A stretch of DNA of 64,000 bases from Fibrobacteria bacterium AD312. Its GTDB lineage: Bacteria > Fibrobacterota > Fibrobacteria > Fibrobacterales > Fibrobacteraceae. Positions 1 through 7,943 of the stretch are shown one piece after another (the first letter of the stretch is position 1; every line of letters starts with the position of its first letter). Where the stretch lies: contig LIUM01000047.1 in NCBI GenBank assembly GCA_001462345.1, positions 975 through 64,974 on the forward strand, written 5' to 3'. Both the position numbers and the translations under genes were made by a program. Under the pieces are notes generated by a model, which did not search any database, had not been told where the DNA came from, and saw only the letters and a list, made by a program, of their open reading frames with translations.

Positions 1-570
1 TCCTATACAACGAAAGAGGACGGTTATTCGTTAAGTGTTTCCGGAATAACTTATTATAGATACAACGGATCTATACGGACGATACAAAGTGCCTCTAATG
101 AGGTAATAGACTCTATTATAAATTTTGTTATATATTCAAAAACAGAAGCAATTATTACGGATTCTATAGGAACATCTAGTGAAACTAGCTCAGAAACATT
201 TTGGGACGTTACTGATTTGGGGACTGCTAATGAAGAACATCGGTATCGCCTACAAGAACGGAGTGATGATTCTGTTGGCTATGTTATTTACTCTCTGGAT
301 TCATCGGGTTTTAATAGTTCAGTTGAAACCATATCTTTGGAGGGAACGTCAAATAAAACGGTTTATGAAAAAATACCTGGTGTCCCAGAGTCAATAAGAA
401 ATAATTCATTATGTAGTGCAAATAAAACATATTATAATGGGGCAAATCCAATTGTGTCAACTGTTTCCGTTCTTGAAAATACAGATTCAAGTTTTGCCGT
501 GCATGTGACAACAGATTATTTAAATGTAAATATAGGAGAATCAGAGTGTTATTATAATAGGATGCCATAG
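1..570 (+). CDS. hypothetical S/T/N-rich protein, 5'-truncated by the window edge
   Basis: Frame 1 is open from nt 1 to the TAG at 568-570. There is no recognisable motif. The gene is co-oriented with the downstream cassette genes. Confidence 0.45.
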   Translation, partial: SYTTKEDGYSLSVSGITYYRYNGSIRTIQSASNEVIDSIINFVIYSKTEAIITDSIGTSSETSSETFWDVTDLGTANEEHRYRLQERSDDSVGYVIYSLDSSGFNSSVETISLEGTSNKTVYEKIPGVPESIRNNSLCSANKTYYNGANPIVSTVSVLENTDSSFAVHVTTDYLNVNIGESECYYNRMP

Positions 571-651
571 AATAATCGTCTATAATAAAAGAATTCTAGA
601 TAATTGTTGGTTTGTCATTAGGGATCTGAAAAATTTTAGCTCAGAGTTATT

Positions 652-1526
652 ATGGAAACAAAACAAATATCCAAATTTGAAGATGTTATGCTTTTGATTC
701 AGACGTTTGGTACGAAAATCGGTTTTGTATATCGTGGACAGGCTGATGAAATATGGGAATTGAAAGCAAATTTGTTCCGAAAAAAAATTGATGGCGTAAT
801 AGATCCTCTTGCTCATCTAGAAAAATTCAAAAAGTATCTTATCGGGAGAAAAGATGTCAATGACTTATCTGAGAATGAAATTTGGGCAGTTGGGCAACAT
901 TATGGATTGTATACTCCATTACTTGATTGGAGTGTCTCTATAGCTGTGGCCTTATTTTTTTCATTTGAAAATGATCAAATAATATCTGATAATAGGTCTT
1001 TGTTTATTCTGAATGCAGACAAAATGAACAAGAAATTTTGTGATGAATTGGTTTCTCAAATAAAAATAAAATATCCAGAATTTCCTGATTCAAGGTGGGA
1101 TAAGATAGTTAAACCAGAATGGAAGGGAAAATTTTTACTTGATCTTCACGAAAAAAATAATTTAGGATCATCAATGTTTTTTGTTGAGGAGATAGTTCGT
1201 GATTTAGAAAAAAATGGCCACGAATGTTTTCTCCAAAAACATTTGGTTCTGATAGGATTCTTGCACAAAGGGGTCTGTTTTCAATTGTATATAATAATGA
1301 AAAATTTTCAAAGATAATTGATAATATTGGTGAAAATGAATGGCTAATTAAAGTAAATATTGATTCATCATTACGAAAATCAATTTTGAAATATTTAGAC
1401 TCAGTGAATGTCAATTATTTGTCTTTATTCCCAGATATTATGGGCGCAGCACGGTACACGAACTACAAATTGAAGAGTTATCAAGATATACAGGAATCTC
1501 TTAGTGAGAAGAATTTTTGGCTTTAA
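652..1526 (+). pseudogene. FRG-domain protein, reading frame broken (frame 1 to frame 0) near an A7 run
   Basis: The N-terminal ORF (652-1317) carries FRG hallmarks (YRGQ; QHYGLYTPLLDWS). The C-terminal ORF (to 1526) carries the FRG C-terminal motif DRILAQRGLF. Both frames are open across 1203-1317, and an A7 homopolymer lies at 1208-1214. Confidence 0.6.
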
Positions 1527-1599
1527 TAAATGAGGATTTTGTGATTTTTTATGTAAAATACTTTTAGCCTGTTTTATTTACAAAGAAGTGAAAATAGCA

Positions 1600-1810
1600 C
1601 CTAACAGCCGTTGGTGCGCGACCTTCGCTTCATCTCATACATGAGCCAGCTCCTGGCGGCAATTCGAACTAACATTTGCTTTGCAAATGAAGTTCTCATT
1701 GCATATTTTCCGTTTCTCGATTATATTCTCATAAGTTGAAACGGAAAATATAGCGCCAGGGCCGTCTCATCGGAGCGCGGACATGCTCGGCGGCACAACT
1801 AAACGTTATA
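1600..1810. repeat. long attC-like structured element (E1), 211 nt
   Basis: It begins cCTAACAgcc and ends aAACGTTATa. It contains several hairpins (gaactaacatttgc/gcaaatgaagttc; ccgtttc/gaaacgg). Its ends and its gcgacc(t)tcg core resemble the E7 element at 7590-7888. Confidence 0.4.
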
Positions 1811-1848
1811 AGGACTGCATAAAGCAGCAAATCAGAGAGGTGAAGAAA

Positions 1849-2238
1849 ATGAAGAAAAGAATTGTACTAGTATTTATTGTTTTGTTTTTAAGTTCATTTG
1901 GAATTTATGCTCAGAATCAAACAACAGAACCTGTTCAAGAACCTATGGTTCCTTATCGTCTTTATAAAACAACAAATAATTGGATATTCATACAATTAGA
2001 AACTGCAACTGGAAAGATGTGGCAGATACAATATTCTGTTCAAGATGATAAGAGAGGAGGACTTGTTTTGAATGATAAAAATCTTGCCGAAGACAAAGAA
2101 GTTGTTGTTGGCAGATTTACACTTTATCCTACACGTAATATGTGGACTTTTATTTTATTAGATCAAATATCAGGTTCGTCTTGGCAAGTTCAATGGTCTT
2201 TTGACAAAAAAAATAGATTTGTTACTCCAATTTATTAA
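1849..2238 (+). CDS. secreted hypothetical protein with an internal duplication
   Basis: An SD (agagagg) precedes the ATG at 1849, and a signal peptide follows (MKKRIVLVFIVLFLSSFGIYA). There are two related repeats, NWIFIQLETATGKMWQIQYS and NMWTFILLDQISGSSWQVQWS. Confidence 0.5.
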   Translation: MKKRIVLVFIVLFLSSFGIYAQNQTTEPVQEPMVPYRLYKTTNNWIFIQLETATGKMWQIQYSVQDDKRGGLVLNDKNLAEDKEVVVGRFTLYPTRNMWTFILLDQISGSSWQVQWSFDKKNRFVTPIY

Positions 2239-2977
2239 ATCTATGTTTGTTATAATTTTTATTGCATTACTTATTTTATTTATATTTTTAAGTGTAAACT
2301 CTGCAAAAATAAAAGGATTATTTGGTGAAAGAAATGTAGCGGCACGACTTAGTTTCTTAAATCCCAATGAATATAAAATTTTTAATGATTTACTTCTAAG
2401 AACAAACAATAACAATACAGTTCAAATAGATCATCTTGTTATTTCTATTTATGGAATTTTTGTTATAGAAACTAAAAATTATAAAGGTTGGATCTTTGGT
2501 AATGAAAATGCGGAAAATTGGATGCAAATCATTTATAAAGAAAGACATCAATTTAGAAATCCAATAAAACAAAATTGGTCTCATATATATGCATTAAAAG
2601 AAATTTTGAAAGATTATAAAAATATAAGATATTTCCCGATTGTGGTTTTTGTTGGAAGTGGGGAATTAAAGGAAATTCAGACAAAAAGGCCTGTTCTATA
2701 CAGTAATAAACTTTCTGATTATATAAAAAGTCAGTCAATTGTACAGAATTTGTTGCAAGAAGATATACCAAAAATTATTTCGATATTAGAAACAAAAAAT
2801 ATTGGAAATAAGGAAAATAAAAAAGAGCATATACAAAATATACATAAGACGACTGTTGAGCGAAAAAAATTAATTTGCCCGAGATGTAATTCGGAATTAA
2901 AATTAAGGGAAGGAAAACATGGAAAATTTTATGGCTGTTCAAATTATCCATATTGTAAATTTACAATGAAATATTGA
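2201..2977 (+). CDS. NERD-domain (nuclease-related) protein with a C-terminal topoisomerase-type C4 zinc ribbon
   Basis: An N-terminal TM segment is followed by a NERD core (DHLVISIYGIFVIETKNYKGWIFG) and a C-terminal CPRC...CSNYPYC ribbon. The start may instead be the ATG at 2243. Confidence 0.6.
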   Translation: MTKKIDLLLQFIKSMFVIIFIALLILFIFLSVNSAKIKGLFGERNVAARLSFLNPNEYKIFNDLLLRTNNNNTVQIDHLVISIYGIFVIETKNYKGWIFGNENAENWMQIIYKERHQFRNPIKQNWSHIYALKEILKDYKNIRYFPIVVFVGSGELKEIQTKRPVLYSNKLSDYIKSQSIVQNLLQEDIPKIISILETKNIGNKENKKEHIQNIHKTTVERKKLICPRCNSELKLREGKHGKFYGCSNYPYCKFTMKY

Positions 2978-2986
2978 AGAAAATCG

Positions 2987-3117
2987 TATAACACAGTTTT
3001 CAACCTGACATTTGTTTTGTCATAAAACTTGCTAAAGCCTTCGGCTTCTTCACGCAAGTTTTACGCCAATTTTTGCCTACGGCAAAAAACACAAAAGCAG
3101 GTTAAAACACTGTTAGC
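2987..3117. repeat. attC-like element E3 (family A)
   Basis: It runs from TATAACA ... caacctgaca ... through the palindrome ttttgcctacggcaaaa ... to caggttaaa ... TGTTAGC. Its arms are inverted repeats shared with E4 and E10. Confidence 0.55.
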
Positions 3118-3202
3118 TCGGCGCTGCGCGCGAGGCGGAAAAGTAAGACGAAATGATAGTATCTATGAAAAAACACTTCATCGAAAAGGATTAGAAGGAA
3201 CT

Positions 3203-3640
3203 ATGCTTATCAGATTTGCTGAGATAACTGATCTACAACAGATATTAGGACTCTATAATTCACTAAACCCAGATGATAAACCTATTGATTTATCGCTAGC
3301 GCAACAAATTTGGACTAATAGTATTAATTGCAATAATATTAAATATGTTGTTGCAATTGAAAATGGTATAATAATCGCAACCTGTAATATCGCGATTATA
3401 TTGAATTTAACACGATCAGGTAGACCATATGGAATAATAGAAAATGTAATAACGGATGAAAAATATAGAAGAAAAGGAATTGGAAAGGAAATAATAGAAA
3501 CTGCTCTAAAATATGCTAAAGAAATGAACTGTTATAAAGTAGTTCTTCTGAGTAGCAGTAAGCGAAAAGACGCACATGAGTTTTATAGATCAATAGGATT
3601 TGATACTAACTCCAAAAAAGGATTTGAAATAAGGTTTTAG
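3203..3640 (+). CDS. GNAT family N-acetyltransferase
   Basis: The acetyl-CoA binding motif R-R-K-G-I-G-K is present (DEKYRRKGIGKEII). I trimmed the start to the first ATG downstream of E3. Confidence 0.7.
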   Translation: MLIRFAEITDLQQILGLYNSLNPDDKPIDLSLAQQIWTNSINCNNIKYVVAIENGIIIATCNIAIILNLTRSGRPYGIIENVITDEKYRRKGIGKEIIETALKYAKEMNCYKVVLLSSSKRKDAHEFYRSIGFDTNSKKGFEIRF

Positions 3641-3666
3641 ATCTTATACATATGATGAGGATATAA

Positions 3667-4005
3667 ATGAGCGTTTTTACTAACTTGCAAGAGATATTTT
3701 CACATCAGATTATACTTATTCTAGCAGAACAATTAAGCACAAATAGTAACGGAATCAGTATTCAAAACTATGAAGCTAATGGTATTTTATTTATTCCCGT
3801 CTTTACTTCAGCAGAGAAATTAAAAGAATCATTAAAAGGGCATAAATTAGAAAATGAAGTAATTAAAATGGAAGGTTCTTATTTTTGTTCTATATTATTA
3901 GGAAATGAGATAATTATTGTCAATCCAGATTTATCTGATGAAATACGAACAAGTGCAAATGAATTATCAGAATTAATGAAGGATCAAAAAAATAAAAATA
4001 GCTAA
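3667..4005 (+). CDS. small hypothetical protein, possibly SseB-like
   Basis: It sits 26 nt after the GNAT gene. A weak LFIPVFTS-type motif is present. Its TAA stop (4003-4005) lies inside the gcTAAca start of E4. Confidence 0.35.
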   Translation: MSVFTNLQEIFSHQIILILAEQLSTNSNGISIQNYEANGILFIPVFTSAEKLKESLKGHKLENEVIKMEGSYFCSILLGNEIIIVNPDLSDEIRTSANELSELMKDQKNKNS

Positions 4006-4117
4006 CAACTGCTTCAACCTGTCAATTCCTTTTGTCATGAAAATTGCAGTCGCTACGCTCGGCAATTTTCACGCCAATCCCTTCGGGCCGGAATTGCAGG
4101 TTAAGCGAAATGTTAGC
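4001..4117. repeat. attC-like element E4 (family A), 117 nt
   Basis: It begins gcTAACAa and ends aTGTTAGC. The arm aacctgTcaattcc pairs with ggaattgcaggtt, leaving one unpaired T as an extrahelical base. The ORF stop lies inside the first core. Confidence 0.6.
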
Positions 4118-4135
4118 AATACAAAAGAATTTCAT

Positions 4136-4372
4136 ATGACTAGTATAGATAAAATTGATAATAAAATTTTAGAATATTGTTGCCAAAAATGGTTCAAAAA
4201 CCACGCCGGAATTGCCGCATTGGAGTTGGGGCGCGTTTTTGATTTATCCAATAAAAAAGTTATGTCTCTGTTAGAAAGATTAGTCGCAGAAGGTTTTGGG
4301 ACTATAAATAAAAATGTGTCACTGTATTCATTATCTATTTCAGAAAAAAAATATAAGATGAAAAAAATGTAA
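4136..4372 (+). CDS. small putative winged-helix DNA-binding protein
   Basis: The first ATG lies after E4. The 78-aa product ends ...LLERLVAEGFGTI, which resembles a MarR/wHTH recognition helix. Confidence 0.35.
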   Translation: MTSIDKIDNKILEYCCQKWFKNHAGIAALELGRVFDLSNKKVMSLLERLVAEGFGTINKNVSLYSLSISEKKYKMKKM

Positions 4373-4493
4373 CCCATATTTTTTTCCAGCAAACGATACA
4401 TTAAAGAAAAGTTATTATTCATCTGAACTTTCTCAGCAGAATATCCCTGAATTTACAAAGCGGCTTCATTTAGGGGCAAATCAAATTGCATTA

Positions 4494-5297
4494 GTGTGTT
4501 TCAGCGAAGAGGTTTTGAAAAAATATTTTGATCATCCAGAAAAATATTGTATTGAGGATACAGAATCTGGGGGTGAGATAACAACGCCTTATGAAACTGC
4601 ATATTTTTTTGTTCAATACGGGAAAAGAACTATAAATAATGATATTTCTATTGTGGTTTTATACAAAGATCTTACAATGTTAGAAAATTCTGAACAACAG
4701 CATTGGAGTTCTTATGAAATTAATAATTGTAAGATTGATCAAGGAGATGATAATTTTAGGCGTTTTGTACAACGTAACTATTATGGAGAATTCGTTGAAT
4801 ATTCAGATCCAATAAAAAATTTAACTATCGCGATTGATTTAATGAATAAAGTGTGCCGTAAAAATCTATTATTCAAAAAAAATAAGAACATGCATTTATG
4901 TCCACCAGTAGAAAATACACAAAAAGCATATTGCGATTCTTGTTCTGAGCTTTATAAGATTATTGGACCAGATAATATTGATCAGAACGCATTAAAAAGG
5001 ATTTTATTTGAAAAATGGAATATGCAAGAAACGGAATTACAAAATAAAGAATCCCACAGACCGTATAGTTGTAATCAACTTTTTAAGCTTTTAGAAGACC
5101 GTTTAATGGGAAATAATAAATTGACTGAAGTAATAGACCAGATCAAAAAATCTCGCATTGATGCGGACCATAAAATTTTGGAGCCTGATTTTAAAAACCA
5201 AAATTATACAAAACAATTTTATGTTATTTGTAAAAATTTTGTTGTATTGTTGAATCAATTTTCTGGCGCTTTTAGGAGTTTTAAAAAAGATTGCTAA
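4494..5297 (+). CDS. hypothetical protein (GTG start)
   Basis: The 267-aa ORF has no in-frame ATG between the upstream TGA at 4359 and the GTG at 4494. Its TAA stop at 5295-5297 lies inside the gcTAAca start of E5. Confidence 0.45.
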   Translation: MCFSEEVLKKYFDHPEKYCIEDTESGGEITTPYETAYFFVQYGKRTINNDISIVVLYKDLTMLENSEQQHWSSYEINNCKIDQGDDNFRRFVQRNYYGEFVEYSDPIKNLTIAIDLMNKVCRKNLLFKKNKNMHLCPPVENTQKAYCDSCSELYKIIGPDNIDQNALKRILFEKWNMQETELQNKESHRPYSCNQLFKLLEDRLMGNNKLTEVIDQIKKSRIDADHKILEPDFKNQNYTKQFYVICKNFVVLLNQFSGAFRSFKKDC

Positions 5298-5375
5298 CAC
5301 TCGGTGTAGCTGACACTCGCATGAAACTCAGCACAACTGGTTCTAGCAGCGAGTGCAGCTAACCTTTACGTTAGC
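5293..5375. repeat. attC-like element E5 (family B), 83 nt
   Basis: It runs from gcTAACActcggtgtagctgacactcgc ... gcgagtg ... to cGTTAGC. The internal inverted repeat is cactcgc/gcgagtg. The first ~60 nt are about 85% identical to the element at 8898-8970. Confidence 0.55.
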
Positions 5376-5390
5376 TGGATAAAGGAAAAC

Positions 5391-5597
5391 ATGCACATAA
5401 TACTTGAGAAAGCAAGAAGATACATGAAAAACATTCAGCATCATGATTTAAAGCGACTATACTCCTACAGTCAATCGGTTGGATATTGGGTGCAGACAAA
5501 AAATGGGATACCTCTTATGGAGGACCCTTTTGCTAGATTTAGGCCAACGAGTAAAAAGGCTGATGTTGAAACGGGTGAAGATAAGAAAGGCGAATAA
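5391..5597 (+). CDS. graspetide-type RiPP precursor peptide A
   Basis: An SD (aaaggaaaac) is followed by 68 aa. A PFARF motif (DPFARFRPTSKKADVETGEDKKGE) precedes a C-terminal core rich in T/S/K/D/E. It is one of two tandem paralogs directly upstream of an ATP-grasp ligase. Confidence 0.55.
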   Translation: MHIILEKARRYMKNIQHHDLKRLYSYSQSVGYWVQTKNGIPLMEDPFARFRPTSKKADVETGEDKKGE

Positions 5598-5615
5598 CAT
5601 TCTAAAGAGGTAGAA

Positions 5616-5819
5616 ATGCATATAATACTTGAAAAAGCAAGAAAGTATAACAAGAGAGAACATTCAAGAGAAATGTTAAATCAGTTCTCTTATAATCAAA
5701 AACTTGGATTTTGGTCTCATAAGTTAAATAATGTTCCGTTAATGGATGAAAGCGTTGGTTTCAAACCAAGAACAAAAAAAGAAGATATTGAAACAGGAGA
5801 GGATAGGAAAGGTGAATAA
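5616..5819 (+). CDS. graspetide-type RiPP precursor peptide B (tandem paralog)
   Basis: An SD (aagagg) is followed by 67 aa. The N-terminus MHIILEKAR is the same as in precursor A, and the core is FKPRTKKEDIETGEDRKGE. Confidence 0.55.
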   Translation: MHIILEKARKYNKREHSREMLNQFSYNQKLGFWSHKLNNVPLMDESVGFKPRTKKEDIETGEDRKGE

Positions 5820-6750
5820 TGTCAATGTATTAATATTATCAGACTCAGAAGATTTCACATCTGATTTGGTATGCATTGAACTCCATCGACAAGGCGTTTC
5901 TTACTTAAGAATAGACAGAGATCTAATAAATAGCTACGACATTTCCTGGCAATTAAGTGGTAATTTAATAATTACAAATATTGAAACAAATGAAACATTT
6001 TCAATAAGTAAGGAAGAGCTTTCAGGAGTTTACTTCAGAGCCCCAACGTATTTTCGCGAGACATTCACAACAAGTGTGACCCCAGAAATCCAATTAAAAA
6101 GGTCACAAGCGTTATCCATGTTCAGAAATATTGAATACTTTGGTCAAGCAAAATGGATGAATGCGCCTTCAAGAACATTCTTTGCAGAAAACAAAGTAAT
6201 ACAGCTTTTGTATGCAAAGGAAATGGGGTTTAATATTCCAGAAACAGAAATTACTAATGGTAATGAGCCCAAATCATCCCATCAAGAGTATATAGCAAAA
6301 TCAATTGACACCGCACTATTTGATTTCGGAGAAAGCGAGGCGTTTTCTTATGCTGAAATTGTAAGTAAAGGCGATTTAAAAAAGTATGATAATCGTGCGG
6401 CGCCGTATTTTATTCAAGAATATCTTTCGGATAAAATTGATTTAAGAGTAACAGTTATTGGTGATATGGCTTATGCATGCGAGATTCTAGAAGATTCGCA
6501 AGGCATAACTGGTGACTGGAGATTAAGAAAGAATAATGTAAAATTTATCTCAATTGAACTCCCTGATGATATTAGGAGGATGTGTATAGACATTACCGCA
6601 AAGTTTGGACTAATGTTTTCTGGAATTGATTTAATTCGTAGAAAAGGGCGCTATTATTTTGTGGAATTAAATCCGACAGGAGAATGGGCGTGGTTGGTTG
6701 ATTCTTGTGGATTCAAAATTCAACAAAGGATTTGCGAGTGTCTGTTATAA
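5812..6750 (+). CDS. ATP-grasp ligase (RimK/MdnC-like peptide macrocyclase candidate)
   Basis: A GTG start with an upstream caggagagg SD overlaps the end of precursor B. An ATP-grasp fold is evident (…YFIQEYLSDKIDLRVTVIGD…FVELNPTGEWAW). The product is ~312 aa. Confidence 0.7.
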   Translation: MNNVNVLILSDSEDFTSDLVCIELHRQGVSYLRIDRDLINSYDISWQLSGNLIITNIETNETFSISKEELSGVYFRAPTYFRETFTTSVTPEIQLKRSQALSMFRNIEYFGQAKWMNAPSRTFFAENKVIQLLYAKEMGFNIPETEITNGNEPKSSHQEYIAKSIDTALFDFGESEAFSYAEIVSKGDLKKYDNRAAPYFIQEYLSDKIDLRVTVIGDMAYACEILEDSQGITGDWRLRKNNVKFISIELPDDIRRMCIDITAKFGLMFSGIDLIRRKGRYYFVELNPTGEWAWLVDSCGFKIQQRICECLL

Positions 6751-7604
6751 ATAAAATATCTGCAGCAGTATTCGCTGTTTGGCGGTTTATCCAAACCGAG
6801 ATATTGTTTCCAATTCCACTACTTGGGGCTAATAGGCGTATACATAAAAAGCTACACGACTTTGAAAATGAAAAAACGAAAGATCTAGACTATATGAATG
6901 GATATGAAGCTTTATCAATTGAAAGATTGAAAGAGTATTATAAAGATTCATTTGAAACGAAAAAGGTTATTGAAGATAAGCTCAAGACATCTCTTGCATC
7001 ATTAACACTGGCATCAGCATTCATCCTGGCTTTTACTAATTACTTTGTGTCAGGATTTGGAAAGGATTCAATTTCAATATTTGATAGGTTAATAATATCA
7101 ATGATGATATTTTCAATATTGAACTTTATTTTAGCGGCTGTTATGGCGATGGAAACGATTGGAGAGAGAAATAAAATATATTCAATTTTCCCAAAAGATG
7201 AAGCGATCCACTTATCTAAAGATTCGGAATTGAAAGAAATGTATGCCATTCTAACCGAGTGCAATTCTCTTTCAAATACCATACGTCAGAATTTTATGAA
7301 TGTAAGTTTCAAGTCTATTAGAAACGGAATAATTGCAACAATTATGCTGCCGATTCTTTTTGCTCTTGGAAATTCCGATCATAAACAGACTGATCCAAAT
7401 TTGACTTTGGTAACTGCAATAGCAAAAGTGAACACAAGTCTTTATCAAGAATTAGAAAAAATGAACCAATCAATTGATACTTTGTCTAAAATAATAGAGA
7501 ATGCAAATTATAATCGGACAAATGCAATCTGTAATAAGCTAGATAGTATCGCATTAAAGATAAGTTGTATCTCAAAAACAAATACACCAGCTAACAAACG
7601 TTGA
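6705..7604 (+). CDS. multi-TM membrane protein of unknown function (RiPP cluster partner?)
   Basis: It has three or more hydrophobic helices. It overlaps the ligase by 46 nt if it starts at 6705, and the alternative start is the ATG at 6894. It ends ...gctaacaaacgTTGA inside the start of E7. Confidence 0.45.
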   Translation: MWIQNSTKDLRVSVINKISAAVFAVWRFIQTEILFPIPLLGANRRIHKKLHDFENEKTKDLDYMNGYEALSIERLKEYYKDSFETKKVIEDKLKTSLASLTLASAFILAFTNYFVSGFGKDSISIFDRLIISMMIFSILNFILAAVMAMETIGERNKIYSIFPKDEAIHLSKDSELKEMYAILTECNSLSNTIRQNFMNVSFKSIRNGIIATIMLPILFALGNSDHKQTDPNLTLVTAIAKVNTSLYQELEKMNQSIDTLSKIIENANYNRTNAICNKLDSIALKISCISKTNTPANKR

Positions 7605-7888
7605 ACCTGATGGCGCTGTCATCTCGTAGGTCGCTCGCTCCAGGCGTCAATTCGCTTTCGGATTCGTGCTGCGCACGAATGCCACTCCTAACGGCTGAGG
7701 GGTTTTGCCTACGGCAAAAGTCGCTTCGCGACCCTTCGGGCCCTCATCCGTAAGTCGTTCGAAGCTCATTACACAGCCTTCCGATTCATTCCCAGTCTTT
7801 ACTATCTTCTCGTAATGAATCGAAAGACTGTATCGCCTGGGCTCCCTCCTTGTAGCCCTAATGCGGGGCGGGTTACCTCAACGTTATA
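7590..7888. repeat. long attC-like structured element E7 (~300 nt), possibly two tandem sites
   Basis: It begins gcTAACAaacgttgaacctg and ends cctcAACGTTATAcgc. It contains the palindrome ttttgcctacggcaaaa that is shared with E3. It also contains the hairpins ggattcgtgc/gcacgaatc and cagtcttt/aaagactg. Confidence 0.4.
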
Positions 7889-7943
7889 CGCACTAATCGT
7901 AATTGTCTTGCCAATAGTATCAAATGATACTATCATTGATTGT

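Noticed and set aside
311-568. Antisense or shadow ORFs inside larger genes. Examples are 311-568(-), 9365-9730(+), 11856-12134(+), 14230-14514(-), 37127-37405(-), 55146-55331(-), 55748-56158(-), 56582-56818(-), and the many 60-90-aa ORFs inside leuS, topA and the helicase-like gene.
   Set aside because: Each lies entirely within a longer ORF on the opposite strand, or in another frame of that ORF, that has clear conserved motifs. None has a motif or an RBS of its own.
3029-3202. ORF-track N-terminal extensions that run through attC-like repeats (3029 for the GNAT, 4037 for the wHTH ORF, 7815 for Fic, 1783 for the secreted protein).
   Set aside because: The extensions translate the palindromic repeat itself. 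I trimmed each gene to the first start codon downstream of the element, and where visible that start has an SD.
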